Origin: Macrostomum lignano
Lineage: Eukaryota
Assembly (NCBI GenBank): GCA_002269645.1
Contig: NIVC01001993.1
Location: 143,385-207,384, forward strand
DNA length: 64,000 bases
Direction of reading: 5' to 3'
Shown in pieces: positions 1 to 33,865 of the stretch. The position numbers and the translations under genes are program-made. The stretch's first letter is position 1. Every line of letters starts with the position of its first letter. A model generated the notes under the pieces. It ran no database searches. It saw nothing but the letters and a program-made list of their open reading frames with translations, and had not been told where the DNA came from.

Positions 1-300
1 GTGGGGATCTGGCTGTAGGATTTAGGGATCTTAGGATCTGACTGGTATTTAGGGATATTGGGATCTGGTGGAGATTAGGGATATTGGGATCTATGTGTGA
101 GATTTTAGATCTTGGGGTCTGGTGGAGATTAGTGATCTTGGGATCTGGGTGTGGGATTTTGGATATTGAGGTCTGGAAGACTGGGTATCTTAGGTTTAGG
201 CTGTGGGATTTTGTGATCTTGGAATCTGGATTTGGGATTAGTGATCTAGGGATCTGCTTGAGAGTTTGGATATTGGGGTCTGGGTGTGGGATTAGGGATC
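1..300. repeat. Degenerate GGGATCT/GGGAT(A/T)TT-rich low-complexity tandem repeat
   Basis: Recurrent gggatct, gggattt and ggatatt motifs. Confidence 0.7.
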
Positions 301-912
301 TGTTTTTTGTAACTGGCATTGTCATGTGAAGCGACACTGTCTACGGCTCTGCGATCTATTAGAACAAAACCCTGTGCTTTTCTCTTTTGTACGTATAGAA
401 AAAAAGAATTCGCCATGCAAATTTTCTCCTGCAGGAAAAATTTGAATCATCAATAGCAACCCCCTATTCTTTGCTTCATTCTCTCATTCCTTCATCTTTT
501 AGCTAGCAACTGTCTTCATAATTTCCTTCCCTGGGAGACTGGCTGGGTGGATGGGGCCAAGGCGTGAGTCAGGGTGAAGGATCGGGGGGCTGCCACGCCA
601 CGCCGTGGAGAAACTGAAAAACTTCATTGTGCCAAAAAGTTGGCTTCAGCCTGAGGCGGAGGCAGCTGCAGCATCGCGCTTGCTTCTTGATGAAGCCAGC
701 AGCAGGGGTGTGAAAGGAAAAAGTGGCTACGGGAGATGCACTTTTGCATGAAATCACCTGCCGCCATGTATTGATCGCATGGCATCGGCTCTCTCTCAGT
801 CTTAGTCATTAAAATCTGCTTCTGGCTTGTCCGGAGAGAGAGCCACGAGAGACAGGAATGTGAGACTGAAGAGGGACGAGAGGAAGATGTGGTGAGACAG
901 GGGTGAGACGGT

Positions 913-3450
913 GTGAGACAGGAAAAAGACGGGGGTGAGACATGGAAGAGACGGGATGAGACAGGGAAGAGACGGGATGAGACATGGAAGAGACGGGATG
1001 AGACAGGGAAGAGACGGGATGAGACAGGGAAGAGACGGGATGAGACAGGGAAGAGACGGTGTGAGACATGGAAGAGATGGGATGAGACAGGAAAGAGACG
1101 GGATGAGACAGGGAAGAGACGGGATGAGACAGGGAAGAGAAGGGATGAGACAGGGAAGAGACGGGATGAGACAGGGAAGAGAAGGGATGAGACAGGGAAG
1201 AGACGGGATGAGACAGGGAAGAGAAGGGATGAGACAGGAAAGAGACGGTGTGAGACATGGAAGAGATGGGATGAGACAGGAAAGAGACGGTGTGAGACAT
1301 GGAAGAGATGGGATGAGACAGGGAAGAGACGGGATGAGACAGGGAAGAGAAGGGATGAGACAGGGAGGAGAAGGGATGAGACATGGAAGAGACGGGATGA
1401 GACATGGAGGAGACGGGATGAGACAGGGAAGAGAAGGGATGAGACATGGAAGAGACGGGATGAGACATGGAGGAGACGGGATGAGACAGGGAAGAGACGG
1501 GATGAGACATGGAGGAGACGGGATGAGACAGGGAAGAGACGGAGTGAGACATGGAAGAGACGGGATGAGACAGGAAAGAGACGGGATGAGACAGGGAAGA
1601 GACGGGATGAGACAGGAAAGAGACGGGATGAGACATGGAGGAGACGGGATGAGACAGGAAGGAGACGGAGTGAGACATGGAAGAGACGGGATGAGACAGG
1701 AAAGAGACGGGATGAGACAGGAAAGAGACGGGATGAGACAGGAAAGAGACGGGATGAGACATGGAGGAGACGGGATGAGACAGGGAAGAGACGGAGTGAG
1801 ACAGGGAAGAGACGGGATGAGACAGGGAAGAGACGGGATGAGACATGGAAGAGACGGGATGAGACAGGAAGGAGACGGAGTGAGACATGGAGGAGACGGG
1901 ATGAGACAGGGAAGAGACGGGATGAGACAGGGAAGAGACGGGATGAGACAGGGAAGAGACGGGATGAGACAGGAAAGAGACGGGATGAGACAGGAAAGAG
2001 ACGGGATGAGACAGGGAGGAGACGGGATGAGACAGGGAAGAGACGGGATGAGACAGGGAAGAGACGGGATGAGACAGGAAAGAGACGGAGTGAGACAGGG
2101 AAGAGACGGGATGAGACAGGGAAGAGACGGGATGAGACAGGAAAGAGACGGGATGAGACAGGGAAGAGACGGTGTGAGACATGGAAGAGATGGGATGAGA
2201 CAGGAAAGAGACGGGATGAGACAGGGAAGAGACGGGATGAGACAGGGAAGAGAAGGGATGAGACAGGGAAGAGACGGGATGAGACAGGGAAGAGAAGGGA
2301 TGAGACAGGGAAGAGACGGGATGAGACAGGGAAGAGAAGGGATGAGACAGGAAAGAGACGGTGTGAGACATGGAAGAGATGGGATGAGACAGGAAAGAGA
2401 CGGTGTGAGACATGGAAGAGATGGGATGAGACAGGGAAGAGACGGGATGAGACAGGGAAGAGAAGGGATGAGACAGGGAAGAGACGGGATGAGACATGGA
2501 AGAGACGGGATGAGACATGGAGGAGACGGGATGAGACAGGGAGGAGACGGGATGAGACAGGGAGGAGACGGGATGAGACATGGAAGAGACGGGATGAGAC
2601 ATGGAGGAGACGGGATGAGACAGGGAAGAGAAGGGATGAGACATGGAAGAGACGGGATGAGACATGGAGGAGACGGGATGAGACAGGGAAGAGACGGGAT
2701 GAGACATGGAGGAGACGGGATGAGACAGGAAAGAGACGGAGTGAGACATGGAAGAGACGGGATGAGACAGGAAAGAGACGGGATGAGACAGGGAAGAGAC
2801 GGGATGAGACAGGAAAGAGACGGGATGAGACAGGAAAGAGACGGGATGAGACATGGAGGAGACGGGATGAGACAGGAAGGAGACGGAGTGAGACATGGAA
2901 GAGACGGGATGAGACAGGAAAGAGACGGGATGAGACAGGGAAGAGACGGGATGAGACAGGAAAGAGACGGGATGAGACAGGAAAGAGACGGGATGAGACA
3001 TGGAGGAGACGGGATGAGACAGGGAAGAGACGGAGTGAGACAGGGAAGAGACGGGATGAGACAGGGAAGAGACGGGATGAGACATGGAAGAGACGGGATG
3101 AGACAGGAAGGAGACGGAGTGAGACATGGAAGAGACGGGATGAGACAGGAAAGAGACGGGATGAGACAGGGAAGAGACGGGATGAGACAGGGAAGAGACG
3201 GGATGAGACAGGAAAGAGACGGGATGAGACAGGAAAGAGACGGGATGAGACAGGGAGGAGACGGGATGAGACAGGGAAGAGACGGGATGAGACAGGGAAG
3301 AGACGGGATGAGACAGGAAAGAGACGGAGTGAGACAGGGAAGAGACGGGATGAGACAGGGAAGAGACGGGATGAGACAGGAAAGAGACGGGATGAGACAG
3401 GGAAGAGACGGGATGAGACAGGGAGGAGACAGAGTGAGACAGGAAGAGAC
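913..3450. repeat. 21-bp minisatellite GAGACAGGGAAGAGACGGGAT, ~120 copies
   Basis: Period 21 read directly. It explains the four long 7-aa-repeat ORFs in the track. Confidence 0.97.
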
Positions 3451-4304
3451 GGGGGGATAAATGAATGCAATTCACTAGCGGAAGCGAAGACTTTAACAAA
3501 GCGGCTGTGTGCAGACATCAGAAAGGACGGAAAAGAAGGCCAAAAGACAGTTAGTTTCTCAGTGAGAGCTGAGAAACAAGGCAGCGAGCATCAGCAACAA
3601 TGGCAACACCTTCCCAGCCTGGTCCCAGTCTCGCTCATTAGCAGTCTCTCTTCTACAAAAAGAATTTTTTAATCAGTTTTCGCACCGCTGCCGCCATACC
3701 TGAGATATTGAGCAGCTTAACCGGCTGTCGCCTCTGTTTTAAACACACTCTCTTTCTCTCCCTCCCTCTCCAGTCTCCTGTTGATGAGATGAAGCGCTAG
3801 CTGAGTTAATTGAGTAGGGCCTGAAAATATGCTGAGTTCAGCTCATTCAGCGTGAACTTGAGTGTGCGCGGTATCTCGCCCCCCTCCCCCCTGACTGCTT
3901 CTCTTTCTCTTTAAATTGCTCTAAATTCACCTGCCATGCCCTCCCTTCCTACACAGCATCATATGGACTCATTAGTTCTCAATAGCTTAGTTAAGCTCTA
4001 GCTACAGTCAGAAATATAGTGGGTTTGAGGCATCCAGAGATCCCATGGTCCAAACTTGATCGGTTCCTAGCTGTACTTGGGCCTGCGCTTACAATAACTA
4101 TTCAAAGTATTGAAATAATTTAATATCGTTTTTCAGACTGTCAGCTATTCAGTCAACAGTTGGCAGGTAAACGAGGCATTGGTGTGTGATTTCCACACTT
4201 GTGTGTCATTTTCACTCGAAAGCAGGTTGTCGCTGCGAAATGCGTTGGCTAGATAGAGGAAGTTGCCAGGATGTTTTGGTACTAATTGGGCAATACCTCA
4301 CTCA

Positions 4305-6126
4305 AGTTTACCTGTAAGTTTGTAGGGAGTTTACCTGTAAGTTTGTAGGGAGTTTACCTGTAAGTTTGTAGCGAGTTTACCTGTAAGTTTGTAGCGAGTT
4401 TACCTGTAAGTTTGTAGCGAGTTTACCTGTAAGTTTGTAGGGAGTTTACCTGTAAGTTTGTAGCGAGTTTACCTGTAAGTTTGTAGGGAGTTTACCTGTA
4501 AGTTTGTAGGGAGTTTACCTGTAAGTTTGTAGGGAGTTTACCTGTAAGTTTGTAGGGAGTTTACCTGTAAGTTTGTAGGGAGTTTACCTGTAAGTTTGTA
4601 GGGAGTTTACCTGTAAGTTTGTAGCGAGTTTACCTGTAAGTTTGTAGCGAGTTTACCTGTAAGTTTGTAGGGAGTTTACCTGTAAGTTTGTAGGGAGTTT
4701 ACCTGTGAGTTTTTAGCGAGTTTACCTGTAAGTTTGTAGGGAGTTTACCTGTAAGTTTGTAGGGAGTTTACCTGTAAGTTTGTAGGGAGTTTACCTGTAA
4801 GTTTGTAGGGAGTTTACCTGTAAGTTTGTAGGGAGTTTACCTGTAAGTTTGTAGCGAGTTTACCTGTGAGTTTGTAGCGAGTTTACCTGTAAGTTTGTAG
4901 CGAGTTTACCTGTAAGTTTGTAGCGAGTTTACCTGTAAGTTTGTAGCGAGTTTACCTGTAAGTTTGTAGGGAGTTTACCTGTAAGTTTGTAGGGAGTTTA
5001 CCTGTAAGTTTGTAGCGAGTTTACCTGTAAGTTTGTAGGGAGTTTACCTGTAAGTTTGTAGCTAGTTTACCTGTAAGTTTGTAGGGAGTTTACCTGTAAG
5101 TTTGTAGCGAGTTTACCTGTAAGTTTGTAGCGAGTTTACCTGTAAGTTTGTAGGGAGTTTACCTGTAAGTTTGTAGCGAGTTTACCTGTAAGTTTGTAGC
5201 GAGTTTACCTGTAAGTTTGTAGCGAGTTTACCTGTGAGTTTGTAGCGAGTTTACCTGTAAGTTTGTAGCGAGTTTACCTGTAAGTTTGTAGCGAGTTTAC
5301 CTGTAAGTTTGTAGCGAGTTTACCTGTAAGTTTGTAGGGAATTTACCTGTAAGTTTGTAGGGAGTTTACCTGTAAGTTTGTAGGGAGTTTACCTGTAAGT
5401 TTGTAGGGAGTTTACCTGTAAGTTTGTAGCGAGTTTACCTGTGAGTTTGTAGCGAGTTTACCTGTAAGTTTGTAGCGAGTTTACCTGTAAGTTTGTAGGG
5501 ACTTTACCTGTAAGTTTGTAGCGAGTTTACCTGTAAGTTTGTAGGGAGTTTACCTGTAAGTTTGTAGGGAGTTTACCTGTAAGTTTGTAGCGAGTTTACC
5601 TGTAAGTTTGTAGGGAGTTTACCTGTAAGTTTGTAGCGAGTTTACCTGTAAGTTTGTAGGGAGTTTACCTGTAAGTTTGTAGCGAGTTTACCTGTAAGTT
5701 TGTAGCGAGTTTACCTGTAAGTTTGTAGCGAGTTTACCTGTAAGTTTGTAGCGAGTTTACCTGTAAGTTTGTAGGGAGTTTACCTGTAAGTTTGTAGCGA
5801 GTTTACCTGTAAGTTTGTAGCGAGTTTACCTGTAAGTTTGTAGCGAGTTTACCTGTAAGTTTGTAGCGAGTTTACCTGTAAGTTTGTAGCGAGTTTACCT
5901 GTAAGTTTGTAGCGAGTTTACCTGTGAGTTTGTAGCGAGTTTACCTGTAAGTTTGTAGCGAGTTTACCTGTAAGTTTGTAGCGAGTTTACCTGTAAGTTT
6001 GTAGGGAATTTACCTGTAAGTTTGTAGGGAGTTTACCTGTAAGTTTGTAGGGAGTTTACCTGTAAGTTTGTAGCGAGTTTACCTGTAAGTTTGTAGCGAG
6101 TTTACCTGTAAGTTTGTAGCGAGTTT
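4305..6126. repeat. 23-bp minisatellite GAGTTTACCTGTAAGTTTGTAG(G/C), ~79 copies
   Basis: Period 23, near-identical copies. Confidence 0.97.
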
Positions 6127-6167
6127 TCGTCTACACGAGCTAGTGGGCGTTGTCTCCAAGGTTTGAT

Positions 6168-6650
6168 TCAAACGATTGGCAGAAAGTTCAGAAAGTTCAG
6201 AAAGTTCAGAAAGTTTAAAAAGTTCAGAAAGTTCAGAAAGTTTGAAACGATTGGCAGAAAGTTTTGAAAGTTCAGAAAGTTCAGAAAGTTCAGAAAGTTC
6301 AGAAATTTTTGAAAGTTCAGAAAGTTCAGAAATTTTTGAAAGTTCAGAAAGTTCCGAAATTTTTGAAAGTTCAGAAAGTTCAAAAAGTTAAAAAGTTCAG
6401 CAGAAAGTTCAGAAAGTTTAAAAAGTTCAGAAAGTTCAGAAAGTTCAGAAAGTTCAGAAAGTTCAGAGAGTTTAAAAAGTTCAGAAAGTTTTGAAGGTTC
6501 AGAAAGTTTTGAAGGTTCAGAAAGTTTTGAAAGTTCAGAAAGCTCAGAAAATTTAAAAAGTTCAGAAAGTTCAGACAGTTCAGAAAGTTCAGAAAGTTCA
6601 GAAAGTTCAGAAGGTTCAGAAAGTTCAGAAAGTTCAGAAAGTTCAGAACT
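6168..6650. repeat. 9-bp minisatellite AGAAAGTTC with variants
   Basis: Direct inspection. Confidence 0.93.
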
Positions 6651-7126
6651 AGGCTATGCACTTCCCAGCGAAGCATGGCTTCAAGGTGAAAACCACACGA
6701 ATTGCGAGATGCCCAAGCTTTTTTGTTTTTTTTTCATACTAACTTGGCTATTAGTATTGGCACATTAACTATTATTCCTTATATTAATTTCAATTAGTTC
6801 TATAGCTGAGCGCGATCCTAATTTTCACGATTTGAGCCGGAGAATCAATCAGCCAGAAGAAGAAGACTTTTGTGGAGGCTTTTGCTGACTTTTCCTGCTT
6901 ACTCAGCAATTCCATTAGCCAAGCACGGCTTGTTGTTGAGTGTTGAGCTGGGGGCAGCACTTGAGTTGACCGGTGCTCCATCTCTTCAAGTTTCTCTGCA
7001 ACGTGCCTTGGCTAGGAAGAGAAAACTTCTTCATCTCATATTTTCTGTTTAAAGAGAGCCAACCATTTTTTTCCAACAGTTCCCGTAGGTGGCTGAGCTG
7101 CCATGTTGCCTGAACATTTTTAATTA

Positions 7127-7944
7127 ATGACCCTCAGCACCGGGAAGCATGACCCTCAGCACCGGGAAGCATGACCCTCAGCACCGGGAAGCATGACCCT
7201 CAGCACCGGGAAGCATGACCCTCAGCACCGGGAAGCATGACCCTCAGCACCGGGAAGCATGACTCTCAGCACCGGGATGCATGACCCTCAGCACCGGGAT
7301 GCATGACCATAAGCACAGGAAAGCATGACCCTCAGCACTGAGAAGCATGACCCTCAGCACCGGGATGCATGACTCTCAGCACCGGGATGCATGACCCTCA
7401 GCACCGGGATGCATGACCCTCAGCACCGGGATGCATGACCCTCAGCACCGGGATGCATGACCCTCAGCACCGGGATGCATGACCCTCAGCACCGGGAAGC
7501 ATGACCCTCAGCACCGGAAAGCATGACCCTCAGCACCGGGAAGCATGACTCTCAGCACCGGGATGCATGACCCTCAGCACCGGAAAGCATGACCCTCAGC
7601 ACCGGGAAGCATGACCCTCAGCACCGGGATGCATGACCCTCAGCACCGGGAAGCATGACTCTCAGCACCGGGATGCATGACCCTCAGCACCGGGAAGCAT
7701 GACCCTCAGCACCGGGATGCATGACTCTCAGCACCGGGATGCATGACTCTCAGCACCGGGATGCATGACTCTCAGCACCGGGAAGCATGACCCTCAGCAC
7801 CGGGAAGCATGACCCTCAGCACCGGGATGCATGACTCTCAGCACCGGGATGCATGACCCTCAGCACCGGGAAGCATGACCCTCAGCACCGGGAAGCATGA
7901 CCCTCAGCACCGGGATGCATGACCCTCAGCACCGGGATGCATGA
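7127..7944. repeat. 22-bp minisatellite ATGACCCTCAGCACCGGGA(A/T)GC, ~37 copies
   Basis: Period 22. Confidence 0.97.
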
Positions 7945-8083
7945 TTTCTCATATCCTCAAAGCACAAACCTAATTTTAAGTTCAGGTAAAATCACCTCTG
8001 TTTTATACAGTGAAGGAAGGTTGCCTTATGATTTTAACACCTGGACGGAAACATAAAAATGCCTTTAACCCGGCCCTGTCCAG

Positions 8084-24263
<16,180 letters not shown>

Positions 24264-24763
24264 AGTATTTCTCTCATCTAGCTGTTTTTGCCTGTACTTT
24301 ATCTGATCTCCTACAAGGCTATAAACTGCATAGGCGTACATGTATTAGTCTCTATTCCAATTCTCTGCTATACTACTTACCAAATTTGTCAAATTATGCT
24401 ATTCTTATTATTAATCTTGACTTGTAATAGTTAATTTTGTTTTTATGAATAATTTCTCTTCTGTCATATCTGATTAATAACTTTTCTACTCAAATTTGAT
24501 GGCGGACTGCGATAGCTGTGATAAAATGTACTTTAAACTCACAGGTTAGTAGTATATGTAGACTAAAGATATTATTTTTCAAATCTTTTATGTATTTCAA
24601 GTCTATAGAATCATTTATTTTACTTGCCTGTTTAAAGACTACGAGTATAAATAATGTAGGGCTTCAATAAAATCATTTAGTTTGATTTCACTCGGTTAGC
24701 GCGAGCTGGACTCACAGCTGCCCACTGCTTCTCATCATCTATACCTCTTTCTATCACTATCGT

Positions 24764-25345
24764 GTCTGTCACTCTTCTGCCTGTCACTCTCCTGTCTGTC
24801 ACTCTCCTGCCTGTCACTCTCCTGTCTGTCACTCTCCTGTCTGTCACTCTTCTGTCTGTCACTCTTCTGTCTGTCACTCTTCTGTCTGTCACTCTCCTGT
24901 CTGTCACTCTCCTGTCTGTCACTCTTCTGCTCTTCTGCCTTTCACTCTCCTGTCTGTCACTCTCCTGTCTGTCACTCTCCTGTCTGTCACTCTCCTGTCT
25001 GTCACTCTCCTGTCGGTCACTCTCCTGTCTGTCACTCTCCTGTCTGTCACTCTCCTGTCTGTCACTCTTCTGCTCTTCTGCCTTTCACTCTCCTGTCTGT
25101 CACTCTCCTGTCTGTCACTCTTCTGTCTGTTACTCTCCTGTCTGTCACTCTCCTGTCTGTCACTCTCCTGTCTATCACTCTCCTGTCTGTCACTCTTCTG
25201 TCTGTTACTCTCCTGTCTGTCACTCTTCTGTCTGTCACTCTTCTGTCTGTCACTCTCCTGTCTGTCACTCTCCTGTCTGTCACTCTTCTGTCTGTCACTC
25301 TCCTGTCTGTCACTTTCTTGTTTTTCACTCTCCCGTCGGTCACAC
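24764..25345. repeat. 15-bp minisatellite CTGTCACTCTCCTGT
   Basis: Period 15, which explains the VTDRR and VCHSP ORFs. Confidence 0.95.
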
Positions 25346-25792
25346 TCATTCTTGTCTGCCAGTTTTCACCACCGATATCACACGCCATTTGTTTTACGCT
25401 TATGCAAACCCTTTCTTGAAGAAGACGAATTTCAGCTCACACTTGTCATCAATAATGAGTCAGGCTGCTTTATCACCGACATTTGGTGTCCATCAAATAG
25501 TTCGGTGTTCAAAATAATCACGATATGCTTCAGTTGTCTTTGTTAGCCGTCTTCTCATCTTCCTCAGTGCCTTCATTTGGTGCACAGCTCACGACTCAAA
25601 CCGAGGCCAATCACCCTGCACTCTCCATCTTGACTAGAAAGTTTGCGCTGGTAACGCTATAATGTGGGTGTAGCTCACCCTACTGCACTACCTTGGAGGA
25701 TAAATCTTCTGATGTACTAAATCCAATATACCCTATTTTTGTTAATGTTGTTATTGCCGACTAACTGGACTTCTCTTTCACTTGACTTGAGA

Positions 25793-26372
<580 letters not shown>

Positions 26373-27138
26373 CGACTCAGAACTTTATGCTCGGAAGCAA
26401 GTGGACAGCAACTGTCACTCAACTGATTCGCAATTGTAAAAAGCTGGCAAGAAAGCATTTCCCTTGACTGTTCCCTGAATGATGAATTAATGCTAAAATT
26501 AACAGCCGCTCAATGGGACACTGGAGGAAGTGACAGAGATTGGTGCAGTTAATTCCTTTACAAAGAATATTCAAATACTTGCACAAAGAATTCAAGCAAA
26601 GTGCGTTTTGCTGTTGGAATGTTGTGAGCAATTTCCGAGTGACACGAGTTCGCTGTACTCACTTGCATTGAAACCAACTTTATCCAGTCGAAAAAAAATT
26701 CTGAAAAGAACTTCAACGAGCTTTTCGATTCAGCCGTCTTTGTTGCAAAAATTGTAATCACCATTTATTTCATGCATCTCATCGTTAATATCAGCTACTT
26801 ATGAATGAGTAGTCAGTTATGGAAGATAGGTAGCTACTAGATTTCTAGTAAGGTGCAAGGCTAGCTAAATAAAAGATAAAATAGTCTACAGGAATTCAGT
26901 CTGTAGCTAAATAAAGAAACATGGAAGCTGATTCCAAGGCACTGCTGTAGAAAACTACCAAAAATGATTAATACAAATAGATAGTCATTTTTAATATTTC
27001 AAAATTATATATGCCATTGATCATTAAAACAAAAACAAAAAAGCAAAATGCTTTCTTTGCAACATGTTGGGCAGGCCCCTGGGGTTTTGTTAGCTTTAAA
27101 ATATGTAAAAGGGCCAAGGAGTTGGGTCGGCATGCACT

Positions 27139-28347
27139 ACTGTGGGTCAGGAATAGACATCAGTGTGTCAGGAATAGAGACAGTTGTGGGTCAGAAATAG
27201 AGACAGTTATGGGTCAGAAATAGAGACAGTTGTGGGTCAGAAATAGAGACAGTTGTGGGTCAGGAATAGACAGTTGTGGGTCAGAAATAGAGACAGTTGT
27301 GGGTCAGGAATAGAGACAGTTGTGGGTCAGGAATAGACAGTTGTGGGTCAGGAATAGAGACAGTTGTGGGTCAGAAATAGAGACAGTTGTTGGTCAGAAA
27401 TAGAGACAGTTGTGGGTCAGAAATAGAGACAGTTGTGGGTCAGGAATAGAGACAGTTGTGGGTCAGAAATAGAGACAGTTGTTGGTCAGAAATAGAGACA
27501 GTTGTGGGTCAGAAATAGAGACAGTTGTGGGTCAGGAATAGAGACAGTTGTGGGTCAGGAATAGAGACAGTTGTTGGTCAGAAATAGAGACAGTTGTGGG
27601 TCAGAAATAGAGACAGTTGTGGGTCAGGAATAGACATCAGTGTGTCAGGAATAGAGACAGTTGTGGGTCAGAAATAGAAACAGTTGTTGGTCAGAAATAG
27701 AGACATCTGTGGGTCAGGAATAGAGACAGTTGTGGGTCAGGAGTAGAAATCTTTGGGTCAGGAACGGAGACATCTGTGGGTCAGGAATAGACATCAGTGG
27801 GTCAGGAATAGAGACACCACTAGGTCAGGAATGGACATCTCTGGGTCAGGAATAGAGACATCTGTGGGTCAGGAATAGACATCAGTGGGTCAGGAAGAGA
27901 CACCACTAGGTCAGGAATGGACATCTGTTGGTCAGGAACAGACATCTGTGGGTCAGGAATAGACATCTGTGGGTCAGGAATAGACATCTGTGGGTCAGGA
28001 ATAGAAATCTGTGGGTCAGTAATAGACATCTGTGGGTCAGGAATAGAGACATCACTGGGTCAGGAATGGACATCTGTGGGTCAGGAATTGACATCTGTGG
28101 GTCAGGAAAAGAGACAGTTGTGAGTCAGGAATAGAGATAGTTGTGGGTCAGGAGTAGAGACATCTGTGGGTCAGGAATAGACATCAGTGGGTCAGGAATA
28201 GAGACACCACTAGGTCAGGAATGGACATCTCTGGGTCAGAAGTAGAAACATCTGTGGGTCAGGAATGGACACCTGTGGGTCAGGTATAGACATCTGTGGG
28301 TCAGGAATGGACATCAGTGGGTCAGGACTGGACATCTGTGGGTCAGG
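27139..28347. repeat. 21-23-bp minisatellite TGTGGGTCAGGAATAGA(GA)CA(GT/TC), downstream of the BBS5 stop
   Basis: 23-bp units on the left grade into 21-bp units on the right. Confidence 0.94.
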
Positions 28348-28432
28348 AAGGCACGTGACTTTTTTCGAGATTATCAAAACACAAGCCCATGCTCGGAGAG
28401 TCTCCTCAGTTCGCAGCAACTCAGCCATCATT

Positions 28433-31788
<3,356 letters not shown>

Positions 31789-33548
31789 TTGCTAATGTGC
31801 AGCAGGATTGAGTCCTTCAACCTCACTTCAATTCTTTTAATTCACTTCAACCTCAATTGAAGTGAATTAGTTGACGAAAAATCAATTCTGGTTATTATAA
31901 AGCGATGTAAAACTAAAGTTAAAAAATAAACTTTGGCAAGATTCGAAACTAAAAACGGCAAAGAATGCTAACTCTGCTTGATAGTCTTATGAATCACTTA
32001 CACTTCAGTGAGAAATAAAACGTTTTAAAATAATTTTCAAAAGTTTTTTTACATTGTAATTTTTAGATTTTCACCAGCACACAGTTACTTTGTTTTTATG
32101 TGTTCTATTTTAAACCCGGAAATTTAGTGTAAACTTTCTTGTTCTTGTGTTCGAATGTTTTGCCTTTTGCTTCCTTTTAATTTATAGTCAATAATTTTAT
32201 AGTGATAACGATTTTCAAGAGCTTGAACCCTCATGTCATACCACAAATTCTGCTTTTACATTTCGTGCGAAAAGGTAATACGAGGTACATGTACGAGCGC
32301 TCGTAGATGTGGTACAACCAGCAGAGGATATGGTTGATGGAAATATTTCTGGTTGTGCCAGATGCCTGTAGAATCACAATATACTAAATCTCTAAGATCT
32401 GACCGGTATTTCAGTCTACAGCCTGAATGCCTGAACCAATTTTATATCTAAACTGCTTGAAAATTAGAAATAAACGATGAACTTGTAGTCGTCAAGCTGG
32501 CTCTTGCAGCTGCTTTAGGCTTATGTAACTCAAAGTTGAAATCCTGTTTGCATAGCCAAGCATCTCTAACTTTTTCTGTAACATTCCTTCAATGCATTCC
32601 CTGTTCTACTTTCATGCCTATTTCGATTATTTATTTTGCATATTTGTTTGATGTTTCTCTTTAATACCTGTACGGCATGCAGCAGCTGACGCTATTCTGC
32701 ATAGCATGCAGTTAGTATAAGATCTGGTCCCGCCTTGCAGTGGATAGTAGAGAAACACAAACTGACAGACAGCCGGCAAGTTAACGCGCCAGCTTTCTAC
32801 CGCTATTCGCCTGAACAGATCCAACAGTCGCGCAGTCATCAGCGGCCTTACCGGCTACACGTAAATCCTTACCCGGTCTTCGCGGGTAGGCAGTTTGTTC
32901 TTCCCTGAAAAATGTGTTAAAAAATTCTCTCGACTCTTGTATCCCAGTTTCTAACTAGGATGACCGATCTTCGCTGCCATGCGGAACTGCAGCTCCCAAA
33001 TCTGGAGTGTTTCCACGCAAGCTTACGCTTCCAATGCACCCATGATCCGCGACCGCTGAATTATTGAGTGACGCAATCGATAAGAGCTAGTTGATGAAGC
33101 CAGAGTGGACATCCTCGGCCGGAGGGGAAAAGTGACGGAGAAAGTAGAGTCATTAGTCATCGGCTGCTGTTCCGCAGTTTCGAGTCGTTGGCCGTCAGTT
33201 CGCATTTTGTCACCATATATTAGGCAGATCGCTCGACTGCATGCTTTTACAAGCTCTACTAATAGGTGTTTAGCCGCGGGAGCAAAAAGTTACGCGGTTG
33301 CATCATTACCAGAGAGTCTGTTCCGTCCCTGTTATATCCAGCCTCACCTATAGTGACTCATGCTTCTCTGACCGCTGTTAATATTATTGTTAATATTAAG
33401 ACAAGATGCATTGGAATTGTTCCATGTTTTTGGTCCGATTAGCATTGTTTTTCGGACCTCTATAATAGTAAATAATCACCTTTAGTTGCACATTGAAGCG
33501 AAGTTGCAATTTTCAAATCAATTGCGTCATCCTACTACAGTAATCCTT

Positions 33549-33865
33549 AAGCCGGGATTGCAGCCTAGTGGTTAGAGCGTCGGACTCACGACTGAAAAGT
33601 CGGGGGTTCGATTCTTGACCCACTCGGAACAATTTGTGTCCTTGATCAAGACACTTAACTCTGCATTGCTGCAGTTCACCCAGCTGTAAAATGGGTGCCA
33701 GCTTTAGCTGAGGTAATTGAGGGTGTGTGGCGACCCCCCAGTCCCTGGACTGAACAGCCGTACGCAGCCTTCAGATGCGCCGCACAAATAGCTGCGGCTG
33801 AGCTGTCGGTTGCACATCTGGCCATTAGGACAAGACAGGTGTAATAAATTATTACTTATTAATAA
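33549..33865 (+). mobile_element. tRNA-derived SINE with CORE-like central domain
   Basis: A-box-like CCTAGTGGTTAGAGCG and B-box GGTTCGATTC. The body GTGTCCTTGATCAAGACACTTAAC...CAGCTGTAAAATGGG resembles the MIR/CORE domain. It has an AT-rich tail and a 10-bp direct repeat AGTAATCCTT at 33539-33548 and 33866-33875. Confidence 0.85.

Noticed and set aside
580-750. Protein-like frame (VEKLKNFIVPKSWLQPEAEAAAASRLLLDEA) as an upstream exon of the coiled-coil gene
   Set aside because: No consistent acceptor/donor pair or phase link could be established.
624-3672. Four 840-960-aa ORFs (ETGKRRD, MRQGRDG, SRLFPVS and SLSHPVS repeats)
   Set aside because: They are by-products of a stop-free 21-bp minisatellite open on both strands, with no splice or domain support.
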